From the IMG/VR virus record IMGVR_UViG_3300002054_000021, positions 141,864-205,863 of that record: a stretch of 64,000 nucleotides of DNA; one strand, 5' to 3'. Below, in pieces: positions 18,328 to 28,066 of this stretch. The stretch comes from a virus (lineage: Duplodnaviria > Heunggongvirae > Uroviricota > Caudoviricetes). The notes under the pieces are model-generated. The model searched no databases. It worked only from the letters and a program-made list of their open reading frames with translations, and had not been told where the DNA came from. The number at the start of each line of letters is the position of its first letter. Position 1 is the stretch's first letter. The position numbers were made by a program, and so were the translations under genes.

Positions 18328-18567
18328 ATGACTACACTTTTAAAAGAGACTCAAAACCACGCTCTAAAATGCGTAATGAATGTGTTTTGGAATGAATTTG
18401 AATCTTGCAAAAGACTCGTTGCACTAGGAAATGGATTAGACCTTGAGCAAAAAAAGTCTCTTATGTCTGGTATTGTATCTATAGTTGAATTAGGACATAA
18501 TTCTTTCTTGGATAACTTAAGCAAAACAGATATTAAAATTTTGCGGAACTGGTCAATATTAGCTTAA
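18328..18567 (+). CDS. hypothetical protein
   Basis: Leader GATTTGGGAGAATCAAAA shared with gene 17560. Confidence 0.65.
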   Translation: MTTLLKETQNHALKCVMNVFWNEFESCKRLVALGNGLDLEQKKSLMSGIVSIVELGHNSFLDNLSKTDIKILRNWSILA

Positions 18568-18643
18568 AGACTCCCCGTCCTAAGCATGACGTAACAAAGG
18601 CTTATAAATTTTAATATATCGAAAGACAGGAAAGGGAATCGAT

Positions 18644-18841
18644 ATGACAGTTAAAACTAAAACACAAGTAGGCGTAATAAATTTACAGCCAACATGGACT
18701 CAAATGATGGGCGGTATGATTGCCGTATTGCAAAACCCAAATGCAAAACAAGAGTCCCTTGATGCTGTCCGCGACGAATTATTTCGCCTTGCAAAATTTG
18801 CAGATGACTTCAACACTAGCCAAGATAAGGAAGCGGCATAA
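18644..18841 (+). CDS. hypothetical protein
   Basis: SD AAAGGG. Confidence 0.65.
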   Translation: MTVKTKTQVGVINLQPTWTQMMGGMIAVLQNPNAKQESLDAVRDELFRLAKFADDFNTSQDKEAA

Positions 18842-19228
18842 CATGACGACAGAAGAGCACAACACAAAGGAGAACAAGGCAAAAGGAAATGACTCGCCGT
18901 TTGCTGTTCTCGGAAATTTCTTTGGCGATGATGATGACGCGACAGATTTAACAGCGGTTAAAGCCACGCCTATCCGCAAAGTAAAATAACGAAACACCCC
19001 ACCCCGAAATCCTAAGCACGATTCAAAACTGCTTACTCCCCCGCCATATTTTTTCCTATGGTTTTTACTTGACATTTTAATTTCTTACAAAAATAAATCG
19101 ACTCGCACCCCTAGGGTGTGTTGTGGCTGATCGCGTCATCCAATACCTTTGAATATCTGCAAATCCAAACTTTTATTGACTTTCACCTGAAAATGGAGTA
19201 TAAAAAATAAAAAAAGAAAAATTATACT

Positions 19229-19789
19229 TTGGGGAAATATACCAACATGCCTACACACGAAAAAATATACCTACAAGCACTCATAGATTATCCTGATTTA
19301 ACCAAAACCTCTAAGCATGAAGTTTTTGTACAAGACGCCATAAGCTCTAACACGTCTAAATGCATCCTATGGCCATTTACCTGTAAAATAGATACGATTA
19401 ATTACAAAACGCCAGTAATGAGGAAGTCTATCCAAGGTAAGCAATTATGTATGAACCCATGTAGATTGTCACTTATTTTATCTCAAGGGTATAGCGATAT
19501 TAAAGAAAGAAACGAATGTGCCCATGATCCTATATTATGCAACAATAGTTTATGCATTAATCCAAAGCATCTGAGGTGGGCAACAAGACAAGAGAATCAT
19601 GACGACACAAAGATCGCAGAAACAAACCCTGAAGGAGTTAGAAATTCTCAGGCAGTTTTGACAGAGGGTGATGTTAGAGCTATAAGAAAAGACACTCGCA
19701 AACTAAGAGAAACTTCTGAAGACTATGGAGTTACAGGATCTATGATTCATCTTATCAGGACAAAGCAGAGGTGGAAGCACATCAAGTGA
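19229..19789 (+). mobile_element. HNH/His-Me finger homing endonuclease
   Basis: CILWPF; AHDPILCNNSLCINPKHL; HTH tail. Confidence 0.9.
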
Positions 19790-19856
19790 AACTTAGATTG
19801 ACAAAACCTCCAAAATAAGGTATCAAAAAAATAAAAAAGAAAATTTAGGAGATGAT

Positions 19857-20144
19857 ATGTCGAATATAGACCGTGATCGTGAAGACGCCAAGAGCTTAGG
19901 CTTATCTAAGTCTGAATTCATAAGACGGAGAGAAGCTATAAACGCAGCCGCGAAAGAAGCTGATCTTAAAACTAAATCCTTATGCGGAAAATGTAATAAT
20001 AAATTTAGTGGAACTTGTGTAGAGTGCGGGGAAAATGTTCACCCTCATCAAGGGCACTTAGAGTATAGAAGCCGTAGACGTTGGGGTAAATTAAAGCTGC
20101 CTTGGTCAAGAAAGATAATCGTTAGGCATTGTAGCTGCTTATAA
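19857..20144 (+). CDS. zinc-finger-like hypothetical protein
   Basis: CGKC...CVEC...HCSC. Confidence 0.6.
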   Translation: MSNIDRDREDAKSLGLSKSEFIRRREAINAAAKEADLKTKSLCGKCNNKFSGTCVECGENVHPHQGHLEYRSRRRWGKLKLPWSRKIIVRHCSCL

Positions 20145-20245
20145 ATCAACCCCTCAAATATAAATCCATCGAAAATGTGTCTTCAATTTTACAAAAAAAA
20201 ATAAAATTCACTTGACATAAAAAATTTATCCACACAAGGTAAGTC

Positions 20246-20770
20246 ATGAATATAAAAAAACAAGTAAAGAGATTTATTAAGTCATTCCTACCTCATGAGC
20301 GCAGAGAGGTTGAAGACGCTCTTTTTAAATGGTTTCTTAAAAGTGCCTCTAAGGAGAAACTTGAGTCCTTAAAAAACCAAATCAGATATAGTGAAGCCCT
20401 GCTTGTAACTCCAAAGATTCTTCATAAAGAGGAAGGTAGAGTTAGAAAGGACTATAAAATATATGGGGAATTAACTCCTAGTCTTATGAATAAAATTCTT
20501 GCTCATGAAGCACAAGAGAAAAATCCAACAGAAGATATGAGTGTATGTTTTGACATAAACAACTCTAACTCAGATTATGTTAAAAAAGAACTTTGGGATA
20601 GAATGTTACGTCATGAAAATGAATTTTACTCTTGGTTAATAAGAAATCCAGATCTATTGGATATATATACATCTAATGGTGAGAATGCTGGTGTGAAGAG
20701 AAATAAAGAGAATTCTCCAGAGCTGTCAAATGCAGTTAGGGTATATAGCCCAGATGACGAGTTAGATTAG
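20246..20770 (+). CDS. hypothetical protein
   Basis: ORF track. Confidence 0.7.
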   Translation: MNIKKQVKRFIKSFLPHERREVEDALFKWFLKSASKEKLESLKNQIRYSEALLVTPKILHKEEGRVRKDYKIYGELTPSLMNKILAHEAQEKNPTEDMSVCFDINNSNSDYVKKELWDRMLRHENEFYSWLIRNPDLLDIYTSNGENAGVKRNKENSPELSNAVRVYSPDDELD

Positions 20771-20779
20771 GAGTTATTC

Positions 20780-21007
20780 ATGACAATAACTATAACATTT
20801 ACGAGCTTGCTTTGGGTGCTGGCTATTATCTTGTCTGTTTTAGGAATAGGATTTTTTGGATATAGAGCGTTCATTTCTCTTATTTACACTGGAGGAGATG
20901 GGTGGTACACGCCAAGAACAACTCTTTTTGATGTAATATTTAATGCATGCTTAACACTTATATGCCTACTGCTATTTGGTTACTCTTTTATGAGTCTGTT
21001 TAGTTAG
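20780..21007 (+). CDS. small membrane protein
   Basis: Two hydrophobic helices; SD AGGAG. Confidence 0.7.
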   Translation: MTITITFTSLLWVLAIILSVLGIGFFGYRAFISLIYTGGDGWYTPRTTLFDVIFNACLTLICLLLFGYSFMSLFS

Positions 21008-21015
21008 TTTTTGTT

Positions 21016-21426
21016 ATGACTGAAAACCCGCATAGATTTATAATTATAAAAGTCACTAAGGATGAGGTGTCTACCATGAAGGTGGCAGCATCTTGGTATG
21101 GCGGATTAATGGGGACTTCCATGTGGAGGATTAGCTCAGGAATTACTGAAGCTGAAAAGCATTATGACTTTTATGAATTTAAAAACTATTCTGGGTCTTT
21201 ATACCGTTGTCATGAAAAATCATACGGTGCCTCTTCTTTAACTTATAACAAAATACAATCTCTCAAGAATAAAATAATTGAGAAGAAAATAGACGCAAGT
21301 ATTGAAGTGCTAAGTGAAGATGAATTCAAATCTTGGATTGAAAAAGAATACGGCCTAGACACGTCTCCATCTGCCCCCAAGGAAATTATTATAGGTGAAC
21401 CAAAAGAGGTTTTTGACGATTTTTAA
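21016..21426 (+). CDS. conserved phage hypothetical protein
   Basis: WYGG...WRISSGI...SGSLYRC. Confidence 0.7.
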   Translation: MTENPHRFIIIKVTKDEVSTMKVAASWYGGLMGTSMWRISSGITEAEKHYDFYEFKNYSGSLYRCHEKSYGASSLTYNKIQSLKNKIIEKKIDASIEVLSEDEFKSWIEKEYGLDTSPSAPKEIIIGEPKEVFDDF

Positions 21427-21447
21427 TTAACAATCTGGAGAAAAATA

Positions 21448-21630
21448 ATGACCACATTTGAAAAATTAATGGAAGCAATCATAAAAAGAATAACTCCATG
21501 CGAACATGATTGGGAGGACTTGGGGGATGTAAAGACTTATGACAGTCATTCATTTAATAAGCGTCCTATTAAAATAAGGCGCACATGGTCCTGCAAGAAG
21601 TGTAAAAAATCTAAATCGGTTAGTAGATAA
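21448..21630 (+). CDS. small Zn-binding protein
   Basis: CEHDW...CKKC. Confidence 0.6.
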   Translation: MTTFEKLMEAIIKRITPCEHDWEDLGDVKTYDSHSFNKRPIKIRRTWSCKKCKKSKSVSR

Positions 21631-22151
21631 TGTTTACTAATAAGAATATATTCTCAAGGTCTGGTAAAGGCAGGACTTGTCCATCCGAGACTACAAGGCG
21701 ATATTCTTTTCTTCGTAATAACAAGCAGGTTATGTTTTTTGAGTCAGGCTTGTGTGTTGTTGTTGGGGAGTGCACTGATTCAGGAATAGGTGTAAAGTCT
21801 CATAGGAATGAAAAGTTCTTCGTCGCTAAGATAACCGCTTACCCAAGGAGATCTGAAAGATTCTATTCCTGCTTTGGCAGACACAAGTTCAGGACTATTA
21901 GGAAAGCAAAGGAACACGGATTAGATTTGCTAGATGCAGAGATTAATCGAGAAAGCTTCACAATCCCTAAAAGAGATCAGTTTCATGTCGCCATTAAAGG
22001 CTCTAAGTGGCATGCTTACAGGAAGGCTGGCAGATGGTACTCAGGTGGATCTGGAAGTTCTAGGCATTCAAGAAAGATAGCTTGGGGTAGGTCTTCATCA
22101 AAAAAGCTAGCTCAATCTGACGCAGACTCTTGGTTAAATACACTCTCCTAA
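21630..22151 (+). CDS. hypothetical basic protein
   Basis: Coupled ORF. Confidence 0.6.
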   Translation: MFTNKNIFSRSGKGRTCPSETTRRYSFLRNNKQVMFFESGLCVVVGECTDSGIGVKSHRNEKFFVAKITAYPRRSERFYSCFGRHKFRTIRKAKEHGLDLLDAEINRESFTIPKRDQFHVAIKGSKWHAYRKAGRWYSGGSGSSRHSRKIAWGRSSSKKLAQSDADSWLNTLS

Positions 22152-22401
22152 TCAAATTATTTTAAAGTTATATTTCATTTTGATTAATATTTAAATTATT
22201 TTTTTAATAGTTAAATAAAAATATTATCATTAAATCTTATTAAACCATGCATTTATATCATAAATTTATAATTTATTTATTTCATATACAGCAATATTAG
22301 TTTCGGTGAAAAATAAAATAATAAAAGAAAAAGTTCTTGACTGTAACAACTGCTATAAGTATTAAATACTCAATAGTTAGATTGCATAGACAGGGATAAT
22401 C

Positions 22402-23733
22402 ATGACAGTTAAAAAATTTAATTTAGGTGTAAGTTATATTTATGATTACAAGCAACACTTAACAGAAGAGTTTTTATTGAAGATTGATGGTTGGAGAGAT
22501 AAGAGTGTTGTCGAAGTCGATGAAGAGACTTTAGATGAGTTTCTCTCTTCCACAAACCTAAAATTGGCTTACTATGTAACAACTAGGAAACGCGGTGTTT
22601 ACGATTGCGTTATTACTACATATCAAATATCTGCTAAAGCCAGAGAAAATTACACATCTTCAGACAGAATACCACCTCAACCCGTTCAAGTAACAACATG
22701 GGATGGGTCTGGCAGGGACTATTATGCGTCAATAGCAGCTAATATACTTGGACCTATAGTGGAAAAGAAGATAATATTGTCCGTGCCTCACGGAAGAGCA
22801 AAGGAAATGAGTCCTCGCGGAGCCTTTCAAATATATGTTTGGTCCCACCCAGATATAAATTGCACCAAAGGTAATTCAACTCCTAGTTATATGTGGGGTG
22901 AAGCTGTTTCTTGTACAGACAGCTCGTTTGCACCGTCCAGATCCACAGACCCATCTGTGATTATAAGTAGTGATGGCCATGCAGTTGCAGAGGTTTGCTC
23001 TAATGCGCTTTATATATACCATGACGCTGTGCATCATCACGACCATCAGTCCGAATACATATTTTCTAGAATATTATGGGAAGCCTCCAAAATAATCAAA
23101 GGTGTTGATTTTGAAAAGATAGAAGCTGAGCGAGAGCAGAGACATATAGAGGCTGAAAAAAGAGCTTTTGATGATTTTATCAAACAATCTATACCTCGCC
23201 AAGTATCTCGCAATAAGGAAGAGATTAATGGCCTTAACAGGAAAATAAAGAACAAAGAGGAGGAGCTTCATTCATTGAGGCGAGATGCTGCTAATTTTAA
23301 CGCATCTATGGATCATGATGCTGCAATAGATGGATTTAAAAAAGAATTCGAGAAATTGCAAAACGGATTCCCTATGATAGAGAAAGTATCACTATCTGGT
23401 ACTGATCTAGAGATTGAAACAGAGGCGATTATATCAACTGACAAGTTAAATGACAATAAGTACCATTTAGGTAAAATGAGATTAATTCTTGGTCTTGGCG
23501 ATATACCTAACGTCAGAGCTTATGGGCTTGAGACAACTTTAGACTTACCTCATGTTTACATGGAGGATGGTCACAGAATATGCGCTGGAACTGTTCATGA
23601 TGAAATAAATGCCTACCTAGCAAACTACGAAATAGCAGCAGCTGCATCATTAATGGTAGCTTTCTTTCAGTCTGGAATCGATGTCAGGGATGACTTCGGT
23701 ATCCGCCTCCTAAACTTCCCTCCAGCTATATAA
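22402..23733 (+). CDS. coiled-coil protein with putative C-terminal prokaryotic E2-like domain
   Basis: Central coiled coil; LPHVYMEDGHRICAG resembles the HPH...CxG E2-like motif; first gene of the JAB/E1/Ubl operon. Confidence 0.55.
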   Translation: MTVKKFNLGVSYIYDYKQHLTEEFLLKIDGWRDKSVVEVDEETLDEFLSSTNLKLAYYVTTRKRGVYDCVITTYQISAKARENYTSSDRIPPQPVQVTTWDGSGRDYYASIAANILGPIVEKKIILSVPHGRAKEMSPRGAFQIYVWSHPDINCTKGNSTPSYMWGEAVSCTDSSFAPSRSTDPSVIISSDGHAVAEVCSNALYIYHDAVHHHDHQSEYIFSRILWEASKIIKGVDFEKIEAEREQRHIEAEKRAFDDFIKQSIPRQVSRNKEEINGLNRKIKNKEEELHSLRRDAANFNASMDHDAAIDGFKKEFEKLQNGFPMIEKVSLSGTDLEIETEAIISTDKLNDNKYHLGKMRLILGLGDIPNVRAYGLETTLDLPHVYMEDGHRICAGTVHDEINAYLANYEIAAAASLMVAFFQSGIDVRDDFGIRLLNFPPAI

Positions 23734-23742
23734 GGTATTAAA

Positions 23743-24585
23743 ATGTCTAAAAATAAAGATAAAAGAAAAAATTACAGAGGTGGAACTAACCTTGGAATGT
23801 ATGGAGGTTATGGGGGTGGGACAACATACCTATCCAACAGAAGGAAGTTTCCTGTAAGAAGTAAGTTTGATAGACCGTATGGTGAACAATTTACCGTATC
23901 TATGCAAAGCTCACAATTTCCAACAGTTATTATATCTCATAAAGCTCACTCTAAAATGTGGTCTTTAGTTCAAGAGTGCGACATAGAAATAAGCTGGCTA
24001 TCATCTGTAACTGTCACAGATGACGGAGATTATGTTATTGATGATGTTTACGTGCCAAAGCAAACGTGTGGTCACGCAACTACAGAAATCTCCAGTGATG
24101 GTGAAGCAGAAATGATAATGGAGATGATGAATTCTGGACAAACATCTGAGATAAACAAACTTAGATGCTGGGGTCATTCTCATGTTAATATGCACGTATC
24201 GTCTTCTGGAACGGATGAGACTCAAACTCAGAGCTTTATAGATAGATTTAATGACTTCTTCGTTAGGTTTATAGGAAATAAAGATGGTGAGCTTTCTTGT
24301 CATGTGTACATGATAGACAAAGGGGTTGTTTTGAACGAGCCTGACATAAAAGTACTTAAGTCAGATGAAGAATTTGAAGATGACTATACCGATTGGGCGA
24401 TTGATCAGATTGAGGAAAAGGTTACTGAACAAGTATACACCTACAATCATGCTAGAGGTGGCCAATTCGGTGATATAGGAGGTGACGCATACCCTTACGA
24501 AGATTATTACGGTGGTTACGGATGGTCTGGAGTTGATGGGTATGACTACTATGATGATAGAGATGTAGGAACTAAAAAGGAATAA
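23743..24585 (+). CDS. JAB/MPN+ metalloprotease
   Basis: E...HSHVNMHVSSSGTD matches H-S-H-x7-S-x2-D. Confidence 0.9.
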   Translation: MSKNKDKRKNYRGGTNLGMYGGYGGGTTYLSNRRKFPVRSKFDRPYGEQFTVSMQSSQFPTVIISHKAHSKMWSLVQECDIEISWLSSVTVTDDGDYVIDDVYVPKQTCGHATTEISSDGEAEMIMEMMNSGQTSEINKLRCWGHSHVNMHVSSSGTDETQTQSFIDRFNDFFVRFIGNKDGELSCHVYMIDKGVVLNEPDIKVLKSDEEFEDDYTDWAIDQIEEKVTEQVYTYNHARGGQFGDIGGDAYPYEDYYGGYGWSGVDGYDYYDDRDVGTKKE

Positions 24586-24587
24586 TT

Positions 24588-25265
24588 ATGACTATAGATA
24601 CATCAAGACATGCACTTTATTTTAATCCAATGAAATTTAGAGATAGAGTTGATATTATTGGAGCTGGCGCTGTTGGCTCTAAGGTTGGAATGGAGATGGC
24701 GAAGTTAGGGATTAAAGATATACATGTTTGGGATGGTGATGAAGTTGAGGGGCACAATATAGCTAATCAAGCATTTTATCTTGATGATATAGGTAAGTCT
24801 AAAGTTTCAGCGCTTTCTGAGCACATAGAAAGAGCTACAGGAACATCTATAAACTGCCACGAAGAATACATCACAGAAGAGACTGAATTAGGAAAAGTAG
24901 TCTTTCTATGTGTTGACACTATGAAAGCAAGAAAAGATATATTCGAAAACTCTATCAAAGGAAAATTTTCAACCGATCTAGTTGTTGAGACTAGAATGGG
25001 TGTAGAAGAATTGCGCATCTATGGAATAAATCCAAGGTCGCGCTCTAATATTATCGATTGGGAGGCATCTCTTGTCGATGATGACAAAACAGTAGAAAGT
25101 GCGTGTGGCGCAAAGACTACTGTGGGGTCCACCGCTAGTATGACTGCAGCAATGGCTGTTGCAAGATTCATGCAGTGGTTTAACTGGGAGAATGGCGCTA
25201 CTGGCGTTGCTCCTTCTTTCGAGCAGGTCGTGATGCTACGCCCTCTCATCACTATTAGTAACTAG
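24588..25265 (+). CDS. ThiF/E1-like ubiquitin-like protein activating enzyme
   Basis: IIGAGAVGS, DGDEVEGHNIANQ, KSK, CVD...AR, SACG. Confidence 0.9.
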   Translation: MTIDTSRHALYFNPMKFRDRVDIIGAGAVGSKVGMEMAKLGIKDIHVWDGDEVEGHNIANQAFYLDDIGKSKVSALSEHIERATGTSINCHEEYITEETELGKVVFLCVDTMKARKDIFENSIKGKFSTDLVVETRMGVEELRIYGINPRSRSNIIDWEASLVDDDKTVESACGAKTTVGSTASMTAAMAVARFMQWFNWENGATGVAPSFEQVVMLRPLITISN

Positions 25266-25274
25266 GAAAAAGTT

Positions 25275-25487
25275 ATGACAGATACTATTACTATCGCACA
25301 AACTGGCGCTGTTCAGGAAGTTGAATTCGAGGAGGGCATGAACCTCACCGAAGCTCTTGAGAAGGCTGGTATGGCTGTTGGTGAAGGCATGGAAGTTCGT
25401 TTGAACTCTGCTGCCTGCGAAGATCTTGAGACTGTTCTTCAGAGCGGTGATCAAATCTTGATCGTTGGTGCCATTCGCGGCGCTTAG
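25275..25487 (+). CDS. ubiquitin-like (beta-grasp) protein
   Basis: 70 aa; ThiS/MoaD-like pattern LQSGDQILIV; ends IRGA. Confidence 0.85.
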   Translation: MTDTITIAQTGAVQEVEFEEGMNLTEALEKAGMAVGEGMEVRLNSAACEDLETVLQSGDQILIVGAIRGA

Positions 25488-25637
25488 GCCAATATAATTT
25501 AAATATTAGCATTGCCATATGGCTGTGCTAAAAAAATAATTTGTCACTTGACAATTATTATGCACCCATGTAGATTCTCCTAAATTAGGAGAGTCTCATG
25601 GGAAATTTATTTCTAGGCTACTCTTTTTAACTAAGGA

Positions 25638-25850
25638 TTGTATATGTCTGATATAAAGAATGCTGGAATTTTCTCCGTTATTGGCGTCTTTTGCGTTGTT
25701 GTTATTTGCATGTTAGTAATGTTTAGAGATCCTGTAGTGTCTGAGACAAAAATATCAGAGGCAAAAGAGTATGAAAGCTATGAATATTGCTCATACAGCT
25801 GCGTGAAATTCACTTGTGGTGGAGTATCCCTTGATGGATCAAGCTCTTAA
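25638..25850 (+). CDS. small membrane protein
   Basis: N-terminal hydrophobic helix. Confidence 0.5.
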   Translation: MYMSDIKNAGIFSVIGVFCVVVICMLVMFRDPVVSETKISEAKEYESYEYCSYSCVKFTCGGVSLDGSSS

Positions 25851-26054
25851 TGTGGGTTTCAATCTACAATTTGCAGCGGCAGCCAATTAGAAAGAATAAG
25901 TAGATACCAAGTCAGGATAATTAGAGAATCTGGTAAAGTTTCTATCAGGGAGAAAAATAAAACTCTTGCCGTGCTGTCAACCTGCAATTAATATTTGTTG
26001 ACTATTACTCACTCATGTGCTAAAGATTCCCGATAACAAGGGGCTTAATTTAAT

Positions 26055-26513
26055 ATGAAAAAATTATATATATGTGGTGTGGCAGCATCTTTAAATAAGA
26101 GAGATTCTGCTGGAGATTTGTTCACTGAAAATGTAGAATTTATTAAAAATTACACTACGCCGATGTTTTATAATCACAAGGGTTCAATAGCAGATTCATC
26201 TTACAATGAGGACTACAGGCCTGTGGGTTCGGTTCATGATCATAAAATAGCGCATGGAGGATTATATATATCAGCAAGCATCGTAATCAATACACCAGAA
26301 ACAGAAAACTTGTCAGATATGATAAAGTCTGAAATTGTTACTGGATTGTCAACTGGCATATATATCATGCAAATGAACAGGCCTATAAAAGGACAGTCAG
26401 ATATATCTAGATGCGTACTAGAAGAGGTTTCTATTTGCCCCTTCCCTATGGAAAATAACTGCAGAATAATATCTTGGTCAGACACCGAGATACCGTTGAG
26501 CGATATTATATAA
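26055..26513 (+). CDS. HK97-type prohead-protease-like protein
   Basis: DSAGD, MFYNH...PVG, GGLY, GLSTG, LEEVSICPFP. Confidence 0.7.
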   Translation: MKKLYICGVAASLNKRDSAGDLFTENVEFIKNYTTPMFYNHKGSIADSSYNEDYRPVGSVHDHKIAHGGLYISASIVINTPETENLSDMIKSEIVTGLSTGIYIMQMNRPIKGQSDISRCVLEEVSICPFPMENNCRIISWSDTEIPLSDII

Positions 26514-26782
26514 GGAGTTATCAATAATGCCTAAAAATAACAAATCAGAAATTAGAGATATTGAGGAAAGGTGGAATAACTATAAAAGCAAAGTTTTTTT
26601 CACCAAGTAAAACAAGTGAAAAGTCGTTTAGGTTAAACTTGGGAATGGTTAGAAGTGCGTTTATTTACGCCTCAAAAGAATCAGAGAATATTTTAATGAA
26701 GAGCTTAAATGATGTTCAGTGTGATCATGAGGTGAGTGGCGATAAAAGTAAAGGCAGCGGCGAAAAATCTACGCCGCCAACT

Positions 26783-26977
26783 CTATTTTGAAAACATTAA
26801 TCCTAAATCCGTAATCTCTATCCAATTCCTTGAGAAGCCATAATCCCTTATTTGCACACAACCCATATCAAGAGCCTCTTTCATGGCCTTAGTATTCTGC
26901 CAGTTGGAGCTTATGCTGTCATTTTCTTTCAGTTCCCTTAGTAGAGCTAGTGTAGAATCGTTTATTTTGTTATTCAT
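26783..26977 (-). CDS. hypothetical protein
   Basis: SD GAGGGGA on the minus strand. Confidence 0.55.
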   Translation of the reverse strand: MNNKINDSTLALLRELKENDSISSNWQNTKAMKEALDMGCVQIRDYGFSRNWIEITDLGLMFSK

Positions 26978-27085
26978 TTAATTCCCCTCGTTGATAACTT
27001 CAATAGCACAAAACATAGGGATAGTCAATGAAATTATATTCTTGACTTAATTATTTTAATATGTATTTTTAATTAAGGACTGTCA

Positions 27086-27559
27086 ATGAGTAAATTAATA
27101 CAAGAAATGATGAATGAGGGGATAATTAAAGAAACCCCAAGAGCAATGAGCATAGTCTCTACATCAAAAGGACCAAATACTAGAGATGTAAACCTTTGGA
27201 TTCCCCAGCAAGTTATTCCAGCTATAATTCAAGATGGAAATGATTTTACAATAAAACAGAGCAAGGAGACAATAGAAGTTAAGCTTGGATTCTTGAGTGA
27301 TTTAGATATTGTCAGATCGCTAAATAAGTATTGTAACCATAAATTATGCTATTCTGGTGACGGATTTTTAATACACAGTAGTGAAATAATTGGCCTTGAT
27401 AGGTCTTGGATGCTTAGTAAAGAATCTTTTGAGTATTTTGGATATGACAATAAGTATATATTTCGCCCATTCGGAGAGAGATTAGATGGAAGCAATAATG
27501 TAATAGATATAAATGTATCAAAATATGATTTTGGTATTAAATTTGCTGGATTGGGGTAA
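27086..27559 (+). CDS. hypothetical protein
   Basis: SD AAGGA, own promoter. Confidence 0.65.
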   Translation: MSKLIQEMMNEGIIKETPRAMSIVSTSKGPNTRDVNLWIPQQVIPAIIQDGNDFTIKQSKETIEVKLGFLSDLDIVRSLNKYCNHKLCYSGDGFLIHSSEIIGLDRSWMLSKESFEYFGYDNKYIFRPFGERLDGSNNVIDINVSKYDFGIKFAGLG

Positions 27560-27730
27560 GTAAATTGTTTTACGAAGATAATAACTTAAAGCTTTTGTTT
27601 TTAATAGCTACAATTATGATGATAACAATATGGTCAACTGAGAATATATTTGTAACAAAATTAGTTACCTCTATATTGGTTCTACTAATACTAGCAGCGT
27701 CTCTAATAGGAAGGATGAGGTAGAAGCAAA

Positions 27731-27976
27731 ATGTCTGAAATTCAAATTTTAAAAATGATTAATAAATCAATAAAGTCACTAACACGAAAACAACAATCTT
27801 GTATTTTGACTTTATTGTGGTTCCTACTTATACCTTTCACATTGATGGTAATGATATTTTTGTGGAGGGTTATAGGGATATTCGATCCCGCATCTGTTGT
27901 GGGGGTTGCAGCATTGAATTTAACTGTAATGACAGTCGCTGTTTGTATTATGCTAGGTTCTTGGGGGGATTGGTAG
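27731..27976 (+). CDS. membrane protein
   Basis: Two TM helices. Confidence 0.6.
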   Translation: MSEIQILKMINKSIKSLTRKQQSCILTLLWFLLIPFTLMVMIFLWRVIGIFDPASVVGVAALNLTVMTVAVCIMLGSWGDW

Positions 27977-28066
27977 TGTCACAACAAAGCAAGGAAAGAA
28001 AGTTCTTCTCTCAACCTATACTTAGCTCTTCAGAGCAACTAAAGTTCATTTTTTTTCGCATCTACT

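Noticed and set aside
18990-19045. G-quadruplex on the minus strand
   Set aside because: Only three clear G-runs are present, with one long loop.
20226-20234. Perfect DnaA box TTATCCACA in a promoter spacer
   Set aside because: It is a single copy; about one is expected by chance in 64 kb at this composition, and no cluster was seen.
22150-22330. Very AT-rich gap as a replication origin
   Set aside because: No iterons or DnaA boxes were seen; it is equally consistent with an upstream promoter region.
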